This document shows, piece after piece, positions 56,301 to 64,000 of a stretch of 64,000 nt of DNA (positions are counted from its first letter, which is position 1; each line of letters begins with the position of its first letter). Origin of the DNA: a virus; the IMG/VR virus record IMGVR_UViG_3300028844_004984; one strand, written 5' to 3'. A program made the position numbers and the translations under genes. The notes beneath the pieces were generated by a model that saw nothing but the letters and a program-made list of their open reading frames with translations, was not told the origin of the DNA and made no database searches.

Positions 56301-57883
56301 TAAAGAAAATAACAGATACAGGATTCGCTACAGAGTACGTTAAGGTGTTATCCACAGAGAGAATAGATGCTGCCAGTGATAAAGACCAGTCAGGCTACCT
56401 AACAGTTGAGCGTGGATTTGGTAGCGGAAGTACTGGAGATACGGGTTCTCTTGGGGATTTGGCATCCGTTTCACAATCGTATGAAGGTGGGCAAGTAATC
56501 GTATCGACTGGTAGAGAGGGTACGGGTTATATCAGAATTAACGCAAACCCAAATGATACATCTACACCATACATTGATATAGTAGAAAGAACTGGTAGTG
56601 GATTGTATGATGTTGAGTTAAAAGCCAGATTGGGTGATTTGAGTGGATTAGATGGTACTGATATGGTTCTTGGTAAATCCAATCCTGGTTTTGGATTGGC
56701 AACTGATAATGTGTATCTACAAGGTGGTATATCCGCAAACTTTGGTGATATCGGTGGTTTTGGAATTAGCGCAACTACAATATCTTCATCAAACGATAAT
56801 CTAATCCTAAGAGATAACGGGCAGATTACGGGTTCTGATGTTCTGTTTAGTGGTGGGACAATTGGTGGATTTGAATTAGGTTCTACTCAAATAAACTCTA
56901 CTAATGATAATTTGATTCTAAAATCAAATGGTGAAATCACAGCATCCGCAGCGAGTATTGATGGAGATATTACGACCGATAATATCACAGCCACTGGTGG
57001 AACTATTGGTGGATTTACTCTAAGTAGTACTCAGATAAATTCTACCAACAATAATTTAATTTTAGAATCAAATGGTGAAATCACCGCAAATGCCGGTACG
57101 ATTGGTGGGGTTGAAATAACAACTACTGGACTCGAATCCACAACAAATTTGGGTAGTCCAGATAATTCTCCAGCATTCCAATTAACAGATAATGGTGTAA
57201 TATCTGGCTCTAATCTATACATTAGAAAGATATTTGATGTGGGTGATGGGAATCAAACTGTTGCACTTATAGATACGGAAAATGGACTTATTGATGCTCG
57301 TAACTTGGGTAGACAAGTAGTATCAGATAGTACAGTATATACGAGGACAAATGTGGATGATGGAAGTACCTATCATACAGTAGCATCATACTACTTTCAA
57401 TTACTACCTTATGAAAACGTATTATCTATGCAAGGTATTATGACAGCGTTCTCAAATAGTACTAGCAACCGTATGCAGGCTAGAGCTCAAGTAACACTTT
57501 GGAGAATGGCAAATAGTGGTTCTGCTTCAGTTGACCACGCTGGTCTTGCGAACTCCCCATTTGATACTGAAGAAGAGACTAGTCTTATTGATACAAATTA
57601 TGGTTGGGACCAGTGGACCTCCGATATCAGTAGCAATGCATTTGCCGCGACAACCACCACCACCTCCACTGGTAACTCACGAGTTAGAATAAAAGATAAC
57701 TCTGTAAAATACCAAATACCTTCAGAAGTGCAGGGAGAATTTATACGACTTGATTTAAGAATCAGAGCCAACCTAATAGCAGGAAGTACATCGACGAGCG
57801 TGGGTATTCAGATGGCGGCGTTTAACGTAATATCAACTAGGGATTTGACTGCTAGTAGTCTTGGTGGTGATTTCACCAAATAA
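53378..57883 (+). CDS. Tail fibre-like structural protein (1501 aa)
   Basis: S/T/G-rich; repeated GTIGGF...INSTN.NLIL.SNG.IT units. Confidence 0.72.
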   Translation: MSLVYKKSVRENITDLKTFVVDTTPTSTKYFRVSDVPQVLQKGKNLLRITAHPTNLVEGSQIYVDVRDSNGNPIYYEIPDYLEDDKSRVISIWIYHDKGEDNTPNGQATITLAGTTNVNLDGSVLPERARNKINVKWQAVVTVDRDRSNTSDVVFSSTNVPAVVVSQSIEGYQNQNQSNGQLQKTIQTGTARYVFSPYGQTPVIFTLDGSTFNDEMVGGDIILNNYTNPPTPVASISNPLNDTFFSSSIKEVILPNDKYVKTETNYTTKFQDRDDLVHTYQTVLEGDYKVEYFTTASNITTENQRNFVNLSLSNIDPIAGVVDKVKILQKSDGLSGDYELLNEVTIPFSSSVEIKVPIPSKNLNDPKILKLQYLNSAGTISRTQTITEPFVFTGENVYIGGSENMISGSIFVSDTVGTGIEIGGASSGFLRSVGFEGQISASVGKAPGGFVIYSGSGNLVMGDDVLNGVGMQFVGDNDDRHLIFTTDNGGLLDVKTDKFFIGTDDTQFISGSNSNIEISSSLFHLDPKNETLIIGAGTVINADLSVNQLFTPATINGEQSNITNASASITSGGFARFVSASIGGWDVTTSSIEGSNLIMKPQGVLQTKDYIPDTKGWFISAENNGVAEFENIKIRGTLRTTTFEKESVNAVGGQLYVANSTTLTGSISESISVEANTGFTSSTALPASADGFNTFDGGARLEVDSTEYKITAIDYTNKTFEITDTSLALLSQSVQLNYTSSESLIKSISADATYLSSSIRLDTAVFASVGNTPLKSSEIFVNSTLISSDPSKLTSSDFAGESGDVSITGVTFGPGGDSSTTALYNSQANKLELDLKVLSQVPNGTEVTFSNNTTIQTSAYTGTDIITVSAGHEVPSDFLSGIVTFNDGGGVDQYPIAERLTSTTLRVDTSSNVPNTSGSVQNGTIVYDYVESIIRSISSGPPITNRTQFDNISPSASILTVDNVSGFVADEILTLKKITDTGFATEYVKVLSTERIDAASDKDQSGYLTVERGFGSGSTGDTGSLGDLASVSQSYEGGQVIVSTGREGTGYIRINANPNDTSTPYIDIVERTGSGLYDVELKARLGDLSGLDGTDMVLGKSNPGFGLATDNVYLQGGISANFGDIGGFGISATTISSSNDNLILRDNGQITGSDVLFSGGTIGGFELGSTQINSTNDNLILKSNGEITASAASIDGDITTDNITATGGTIGGFTLSSTQINSTNNNLILESNGEITANAGTIGGVEITTTGLESTTNLGSPDNSPAFQLTDNGVISGSNLYIRKIFDVGDGNQTVALIDTENGLIDARNLGRQVVSDSTVYTRTNVDDGSTYHTVASYYFQLLPYENVLSMQGIMTAFSNSTSNRMQARAQVTLWRMANSGSASVDHAGLANSPFDTEEETSLIDTNYGWDQWTSDISSNAFAATTTTTSTGNSRVRIKDNSVKYQIPSEVQGEFIRLDLRIRANLIAGSTSTSVGIQMAAFNVISTRDLTASSLGGDFTK

Positions 57884-57921
57884 TATTCAATGGAAAGCAC
57901 CTAAATAGGATACTTATTATT

Positions 57922-60231
57922 ATGGGAAAACTAATCAAAGAATGGGTTAAGGAAATCTTAACCGAAGATATCAAAAAAGAAGTGGTGGTTTACGCTGGTA
58001 GATTCCAACCATTTCATAAAGGACACTACGGAAGTTACCAACAACTTGTGAAAAAGTTTGGTAAAGATAATGTGTATATTGGTACATCCAATAAAACAGA
58101 TAACATCAAATCACCTTTCAAATTTAAAGAAAAAAAGATGATTATGATGAAGATGTTCGGAGTACCATCGAACAAAATCATTGAGATTAAGAACCCATAC
58201 GCTCCCAAAGAAATCCTAAATAAGTTTCCCGAAGATACTACAGCATTTGTAACTGTTGTCGGTGAAAAAGATAGATACAGATTGAAGGGTAAGTATTTCG
58301 AACCATATCATCCTGATAGAATCGAAAAGGGTTACAAAGATGCTGGATACGTTTTTGTAACTACTGCTAGTGGTGGTGGGATGAGTGGTACAGAGGCAAG
58401 AAAACTTCTATCACAAGGAACTGATGCAGAAAAGGCTGCTGGATTCAAAAAGGTTTACGATGGTAAGTTTGATTCTAAAATTTACAAACTGATTACAACC
58501 AGACTTACAAAAATATTTGGAAAGGTAGAAGAGTTCCTATCTACATTTGATATGGAAGAACTCATTAACGAAGCATCCGCTACACCAGTAAGTGGTAAGG
58601 GTGTTGTAGATGATGGGCCTGGCTTCACATATGGAAACGCAAAAACATATAAGAAAATCGGAGATGATGCGGCTGCCGCATTGGGGTGGCAAGTTGTAGA
58701 TTACATCTTAGGTACTGATGAAGATTCAATCTATGCAGATGGTGAAAGAGGTATAGATGATAAGTATCCAGTATCATACTTCCCATCTGGTATTGCTGGA
58801 TTAGATGCACAATCCCAAAGATATACAGATTTGAGAGGTAATGCAGCATACAGAGCATGGGCTGATAAAATCAAAGGTGTTGCAACAATCGTAGGATATA
58901 AATTAGTTGACTTTTTAGATGCTGAGCAAGGTATTGAGGATACAAAAGATGCACCTGTAAAAGAACCTAAGTTCAACTTTACACAAGATGTAAAAACCGA
59001 ACCTATGAGAGAGGGTTTGATTATGGAAGGTGGTGCATATGGTCATATGAATCACCCATTCGATACAGAGATGAATCTAACATTTGGTGATTTGAAAACA
59101 ATTATATCAAACGCATTAAATGGTAAGTTAGAGTTTGCCAGAGAGAAAACAGATGGACAGGCGCTTGCAATTAGTTGGAGAGATGATAAAGGATTAATCG
59201 CTGCGAGAAACAAAGGACACCTAAAGAATGCTGGTGAAAACGCATTGGATATTAGTGGAGTAGCGTCTAAGTTTCAAGGTAGAGGTGGGTTAACCGATGC
59301 ATACAACTTCGCTATGAAGGATTTAAACTCAGCAATCAAAGGATTATCAAAAGCACAGAGGGATAAGATATTCAAACAAGGTTCATCATTTATGAACATT
59401 GAGGTTATATATCCTACATCGGTAAATGTGATTCCATATGGACAACCACTTTTGATTTTCCACGGAACAATGGATTATGATAGCGATGGAAAAGCGGTGG
59501 GAGCAGATACGGCTAGTGCAAGAATATTGGCAGGTATGATTAAACAAATCAATAAGGACGTGCAGAATAACTATACTATTCAAGGCCCGCCAGTAGTTCA
59601 ACTCCCAAAATCGGAAGAGTTAACTAAGAAGCAATCAAAGTATTTCTCAGCACTAAACAAAGTTCAGAAAGAGTTCAAACTCAAAGATTCAAATGGAGTA
59701 GCTGATTACCACCAGGCTTGGTGGGAGCAATATGTTGATAAGAATTCACCATCTTCATTAGATAACAAAACCAAAATGGGATTGGTAAAGAGATGGGCAT
59801 TCTACGATAAATCATTCCGTTTGGATAAGAAGAACATTACCGATTCCGATACTTTGGATTGGGCTAAAAAAACGGAAAAGCAAGACCACGCTAAAATTGC
59901 AAAACAGAATCTTCGTAAGTTTGAAGATATCTTCTTAGGTGTAGGTGCTGATGTACTATCGTTTATGGGCTCTGCGTTGGCTGTAAATCCCGATAAAGCG
60001 CTTAGAACTATGAAATCAGAATTAGATAAAACTGTGAAAGCAGTTCAGAAAAGTGGTGATGTTAAGAAGATTACAAAACTCAAACTGGAATTGGAAAGAT
60101 TAGCCGCTGTTGGTGGTAAAGATAAGATTGTACCAAACGAAGGAATTGTATTTGTTTACAAAGGAGATACCTATAAACTTACTGGTACATTCGCATCTTT
60201 GAATCAAATTTTAGGATTAATGTATTTTTAA
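57922..60231 (+). CDS. Fusion: HxGH cytidylyltransferase-like domain + ligase-like (KxDG) nucleotidyltransferase domain
   Basis: GRFQPFHKGH at the N-terminus; GHMNHP, EKTDG, EGIVF and YKLTG in the C-terminal half. Confidence 0.7.
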   Translation: MGKLIKEWVKEILTEDIKKEVVVYAGRFQPFHKGHYGSYQQLVKKFGKDNVYIGTSNKTDNIKSPFKFKEKKMIMMKMFGVPSNKIIEIKNPYAPKEILNKFPEDTTAFVTVVGEKDRYRLKGKYFEPYHPDRIEKGYKDAGYVFVTTASGGGMSGTEARKLLSQGTDAEKAAGFKKVYDGKFDSKIYKLITTRLTKIFGKVEEFLSTFDMEELINEASATPVSGKGVVDDGPGFTYGNAKTYKKIGDDAAAALGWQVVDYILGTDEDSIYADGERGIDDKYPVSYFPSGIAGLDAQSQRYTDLRGNAAYRAWADKIKGVATIVGYKLVDFLDAEQGIEDTKDAPVKEPKFNFTQDVKTEPMREGLIMEGGAYGHMNHPFDTEMNLTFGDLKTIISNALNGKLEFAREKTDGQALAISWRDDKGLIAARNKGHLKNAGENALDISGVASKFQGRGGLTDAYNFAMKDLNSAIKGLSKAQRDKIFKQGSSFMNIEVIYPTSVNVIPYGQPLLIFHGTMDYDSDGKAVGADTASARILAGMIKQINKDVQNNYTIQGPPVVQLPKSEELTKKQSKYFSALNKVQKEFKLKDSNGVADYHQAWWEQYVDKNSPSSLDNKTKMGLVKRWAFYDKSFRLDKKNITDSDTLDWAKKTEKQDHAKIAKQNLRKFEDIFLGVGADVLSFMGSALAVNPDKALRTMKSELDKTVKAVQKSGDVKKITKLKLELERLAAVGGKDKIVPNEGIVFVYKGDTYKLTGTFASLNQILGLMYF

Positions 60232-60264
60232 GATTTTTTCAATATTTATATACAAAACTAAGTT

Positions 60265-60855
60265 ATGGCAAAATTAAAGAATATTAAAGCAGTTCAAGAA
60301 ATGTTGGGAGGGGAACACAAAACCCAAACCAAAAAGACTGTATCGTTTGATAAAAAAGAAGTTAAACGAAGAGAAGTTGGAGAAACTTGGACTGATGATA
60401 AAGGTCAAAAGTGGGAACAACGAAATGGTTACAAAGTTAAAGTTGGGAAACTATCAGAACTTAGAGAAGAACTGAAGCAGTTTCCTAATTGTAAAGATGG
60501 GTGTGAATCGTACTTAGATCCTGGTCAAGCTGATTTAAAAATGAAAGCTATACATGGGATGTGTTTAAATTGTGTTGTGGATATGGAACATGAACTACAA
60601 CTAAAAGGAGAATACAAAGAGTATGAGCGAAAAAAGTTACTCAATAATGCTGAGGCTTGGTTAAAGCAAGCTGAGGTTGAAAAAGAAATTTTGAAAAACA
60701 CATTGAAGGCATCATTCGTTAATGAAGATGGTTCTATCGAAGAATGGGGAGAAGCCATGTCGGAAGAAGAACTTGTTCAGAAGATAGATGATGGGTTTGA
60801 TAAGTTTAAAGAGAACTTTATAGATAAGCTAAAAAATGAATCAAACGCAGATTAA
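60265..60855 (+). CDS. Conserved hypothetical protein with CxxC motifs
   Basis: VGE.W....W; MCLNC. Confidence 0.75.
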   Translation: MAKLKNIKAVQEMLGGEHKTQTKKTVSFDKKEVKRREVGETWTDDKGQKWEQRNGYKVKVGKLSELREELKQFPNCKDGCESYLDPGQADLKMKAIHGMCLNCVVDMEHELQLKGEYKEYERKKLLNNAEAWLKQAEVEKEILKNTLKASFVNEDGSIEEWGEAMSEEELVQKIDDGFDKFKENFIDKLKNESNAD

Positions 60856-61261
60856 AGAATTCTTAGAAGAAACATTTCAACAATACTCATCCAATGGTAC
60901 ACCACCAACGATGTGTGTTGAGTTCGTACTATCAGATTTGTACGAGCATCTTTGTACAGAAAATCTTATGACCGAAGACCTTCGTAAGTGGTTTGGTAAA
61001 GGAAAAACAGGTACTGCTTCAGGTGGTGGTTGGGATAGATACGGAAGTGATGGTCAGAAGTTAGGTAAGTGTGGTGATGGTAAAAAAGGCGGTGCATATG
61101 CCGCTTGCCTATCCAAAGAAAAAGCAAATAAGTTAGGACCTAAAGGTAGGGCATCATTCGTAAGAAGAAAACGAGCCGACCAAAAAAAGAGTGGTGATAC
61201 AAAAAAAGGTGGAAACCGAACCAAAGGTAAAGCACCAACGAATAGCAAGACAGGGGCATAA
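60836..61261 (+). CDS. Basic hypothetical protein (EDLRKWF module)
   Basis: ORF; motif recalled from T4-like phage head proteins. Confidence 0.7.
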   Translation: MNQTQIKEFLEETFQQYSSNGTPPTMCVEFVLSDLYEHLCTENLMTEDLRKWFGKGKTGTASGGGWDRYGSDGQKLGKCGDGKKGGAYAACLSKEKANKLGPKGRASFVRRKRADQKKSGDTKKGGNRTKGKAPTNSKTGA

Positions 61262-61263
61262 AA

Positions 61264-63138
61264 ATGGCAAATCCAAAACTGAATAAAAAAGTAAAATCTT
61301 TTTTAGACTCGTATCTAAAAGATACACCAAAAAACTCACCAGAACATCAACATGCGATAATGTTGATTCTGAGAGGAGCATTAACAGATGCTAACTTCCA
61401 TAGTGAAGCTAGGCAGTTAGATAAGATGTTTCCAACGGCAAAGAAATCAAAGTATGTTGGTACGGATATGGAAACTGTAATTGAAGATAAGGGTATCGAT
61501 ATCGCTAAGGCTGCTAAGTGGGATGGGTATGAAATCATCGATGCGTTCGTAGCATACACCAATAATACAAAGTTGGATTCGTTAAAAGAAGGGTTCTACT
61601 CAGAGTATGTATCTGAATTCCTAAACGAAGTTGCAATGGGTGAGGATGAGAACGATCCTGAAGAAATTAAAGTAAACAACTATCAAACAAAATACTTCCA
61701 CGTTTGTCCAGGCGCATCAAATCTATACAAAGATATAGAATCAAAAGGTGTTGATATGGATATGGCTGAGAGAAGTGCAAGATTACAAGACGTACTTTAC
61801 TTTGTAGAAGAACACATTCAGAGAGATGGGTATAAGCCAGAGCGTGATTATGTGATGGTGGCTAACAACTTGGCTGTTAACATAATGAAATTAGCTAAGA
61901 TGATGGGTTTAGAAAAAGAACACTCATACATACAAGGACACGTTGATACAATCGAAAAGGTAGTAAAAGAAAAAGGCCTACAAGAAAGAATCTCAGAACT
62001 TACTGAAGATAATGTACCAACCGACCCATCAAAGTGGTCCTACTACAAATCACAAGCAAAAAAGAAGTTCGATGTGTATCCATCAGCATACGCAAACGCA
62101 TGGGCAGCAAAACAATACAAAGATGCCGGCGGTGGTTGGAGAACAAAAAAAGAATCGGTAAGCGAAGGTAGATACGGAACGTTCGATAACAAAGAAGCAA
62201 AAATTGTAGATAAGGCATTAGATAAGGCATTTAAAAAATTCGAAACCTCATTAAAGAAAGCACATGATGATTTTCAAAAAGCTGTAAAGCAATACACATA
62301 CAAAGGTTCAAAGGCCGATATCGGAGGTAAATCAGGATTTCAAGATACAGAAGGTAGAGCAGCTATTGATTATTTCGCAGAAAAAGTTATCAAAAGTACA
62401 TTAGGTGTAGATAAGTTTGGAAGCTATCGTACTGGTTGGATGACTGAAAGTGCAGTAAAGGAAGCTGCTGAAAGAGATTACAAAAAAGAGTACGAAAAGT
62501 ACGGAAAATCTGAGAAAGCAAAGAAGTACAGGGCTGAATTAAATAAGTACAATAGAGAGAAAGGTACTTATGGTAATGGTGATGGTAAAGATGCATCTCA
62601 CAAAGGTGGAAAGATTGCTGGATTCGAAGATGAATCTAAGAACAGAGGTAGACGAGAAAAGAGTAGATTGAAGAAAGAGTCTACACTTAATAGAGAAAAT
62701 GTAGCAGAAGGTGTAATGAGTGAATTAGACCTGATGGCTAAGGAGGCAAAAGATTTTAAAGATTTCCTAAAGGATGTATTCAGCGTTCCAGCATATAGAA
62801 AACATAAAGGTAAAAAAGATATAATGGATTTCTTATCAAAGTTCTATAAGGATGCTAGAAACGAATCAATCAACGAAGAATACTACAAACAGGCATCAGA
62901 AGCAGCTGATGCTGCCAGAAAGTACGCTGAGAAGAAGGGGTATGAAATCGATGAAGATGATTGGCAATCTAAAATCGCAGCTGGTGGTAAGTATGGTAGA
63001 TTAAGACCTGGTAAAGAAAAAACACATACGTTCAGTATCAGATTGTTAAAGAATGGAAAACCACAAAGAAAGATGTTACAAGTATCTTTGTATGGAATGC
63101 CAAGTGGTAAGTACGAATTAACAACATACATTAACTGA
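61264..63138 (+). CDS. Multi-module putative internal head protein
   Basis: Unrelated modules (YPSAYAN; RDYKKEY...DASH...NRGR) joined by hydrophobic-x-E linkers. Confidence 0.7.
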   Translation: MANPKLNKKVKSFLDSYLKDTPKNSPEHQHAIMLILRGALTDANFHSEARQLDKMFPTAKKSKYVGTDMETVIEDKGIDIAKAAKWDGYEIIDAFVAYTNNTKLDSLKEGFYSEYVSEFLNEVAMGEDENDPEEIKVNNYQTKYFHVCPGASNLYKDIESKGVDMDMAERSARLQDVLYFVEEHIQRDGYKPERDYVMVANNLAVNIMKLAKMMGLEKEHSYIQGHVDTIEKVVKEKGLQERISELTEDNVPTDPSKWSYYKSQAKKKFDVYPSAYANAWAAKQYKDAGGGWRTKKESVSEGRYGTFDNKEAKIVDKALDKAFKKFETSLKKAHDDFQKAVKQYTYKGSKADIGGKSGFQDTEGRAAIDYFAEKVIKSTLGVDKFGSYRTGWMTESAVKEAAERDYKKEYEKYGKSEKAKKYRAELNKYNREKGTYGNGDGKDASHKGGKIAGFEDESKNRGRREKSRLKKESTLNRENVAEGVMSELDLMAKEAKDFKDFLKDVFSVPAYRKHKGKKDIMDFLSKFYKDARNESINEEYYKQASEAADAARKYAEKKGYEIDEDDWQSKIAAGGKYGRLRPGKEKTHTFSIRLLKNGKPQRKMLQVSLYGMPSGKYELTTYIN

Positions 63139-63141
63139 TAA

Positions 63142-64000
63142 ATGGAACTGAGAACAGAGCTAATAAAGTTCAGAATTGATACCGATACCGATACTATGGG
63201 TATCATTGAAGATGAGTGCTTACTTGCTTTTTCTCCCGATTCAACTGGAGTATTTGAGTTAGGCGATGATATTGAAAAGTTCTCAGGTCTATCTTTGAAG
63301 GATGCTAAAGCATATAATGAAACTCCAACAGATGCATACATTTATGGTCTACAAAATATAATGAATGGTGGTAAAGACCTTTTTTTCTGGAATAATGGTA
63401 ATCGATTAAAAGGTGCTGCTGATAAAAATGGAATGTGGCCTGCTTTGTTTGAACAACTATCACATGAAGGTTCTCATTTAGCGAGAAAGCTTATGGTTCG
63501 TGCAATTGCTAAAAAATTAAACGTAAATACCAATAATGAAGATTGGATTAAGTACGATTATGGAAGTGGTGAGTATATGTGGCCTACGATGGGTGACCAT
63601 AATGATGATAAGAATCCGATGATAGTGGTAAGCGAAGAGGAGTTTGTTACATTAGTTGGTCTTGTTGTTCAACAGATAACGCCACACTTTTTAGAAATGG
63701 CTAAAGACTATTTATCGGAATTAGAAAGTGTAAATATAAATGAAGATATTAATATGAACGAAGGTAAGTTTCCAGGAAGAAAAGGTGATTTCATCAAATG
63801 GAAGGGTGAATACTTTGATATAAAAAAGACCGCAGGTTCAACAGCGTATGTAAAATTTCCACATACGGTATCACATGCATTCTCACAAGTATGGGGTGAT
63901 GAGGTGAAGCTTGGAAACGAAAAACACAAAGGTAAAAGGGTTTGGGTAATGGAACAGAAGTTAAACATCAACGAAGGTATAATGTACAATGTGGATGCTG
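63142..64000 (+). CDS. Zincin-like (HExxH) protein, 3' end beyond the window
   Basis: Open frame to the window end; LSHEGSH with a downstream EEE; INE linkers. Confidence 0.7.
   Translation, partial: MELRTELIKFRIDTDTDTMGIIEDECLLAFSPDSTGVFELGDDIEKFSGLSLKDAKAYNETPTDAYIYGLQNIMNGGKDLFFWNNGNRLKGAADKNGMWPALFEQLSHEGSHLARKLMVRAIAKKLNVNTNNEDWIKYDYGSGEYMWPTMGDHNDDKNPMIVVSEEEFVTLVGLVVQQITPHFLEMAKDYLSELESVNINEDINMNEGKFPGRKGDFIKWKGEYFDIKKTAGSTAYVKFPHTVSHAFSQVWGDEVKLGNEKHKGKRVWVMEQKLNINEGIMYNVDA

Noticed and set aside
53378-57883. Diversity-generating retroelement target in the tail fibre
   Set aside because: No reverse transcriptase or template-repeat copy was seen in the window.
2018-63989. Numerous minus-strand and alternative-frame ORFs in the track
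   Set aside because: They are shadows of longer + strand genes with recognisable motifs and have no supporting promoters or motifs.
1-64000. Stop-codon reassignment
   Set aside because: Known genes (thyA, cysK, uvsE, primase) are full length in code 11, TAA/TAG/TGA all end genes, and no suppressor tRNA was seen. The TAG/TAA/TGA anticodons are ordinary Leu, Leu and Ser.
1-64000. Window as a bacterial chromosome because of cysK, mgsA, clpP, groES and T9SS domains
   Set aside because: These genes are interleaved with baseplate, tail, primase and endonuclease I genes and dense small orphan ORFs on one strand, with no ribosomal or other core cellular operons.

Overview
This window is part of a large, contractile-tailed (T4-like myovirus) phage genome, with essentially all credible genes on the + strand and the standard genetic code. 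The host is very probably an aquatic Bacteroidota (Flavobacteriia-like) bacterium: promoters fit the Bacteroidota TTTG...TAnnTTTG consensus, most early genes lack Shine-Dalgarno sites, and two proteins carry T9SS sorting domains. Layout: (1) 1-2.8 kb, two T9SS-cargo-like secreted proteins. (2) 2.8-27 kb, an early/accessory region of small genes punctuated by about 13 copies of a ~75-bp element (TTAACA-N4/5-TTAACA + host-type promoter + conserved leader). This region also holds a candidate DnaA-box origin (6.0-7.0 kb), cysK, mgsA, thyA, a cytidylyltransferase, a vWA/MoxR-AAA pair, Hsp20 and UvsE. Its RNA cluster (13.8-16.3 kb) has 8 canonical tRNAs including Ile-UAU, two non-canonical tRNA-Gly-like genes, a gene enclosed by a perfect 15-bp inverted repeat, and a ~420-nt densely structured ncRNA with a duplicated internal motif. 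(3) 27-64 kb, ClpP, GroES, an HD hydrolase, a gp55-like sigma factor, baseplate/tail genes, endonuclease I, primase, a fused SbcD-SbcC, a tail fibre and apparent head-packaged polyproteins. All calls come from reading motifs by eye; no database searches were run.
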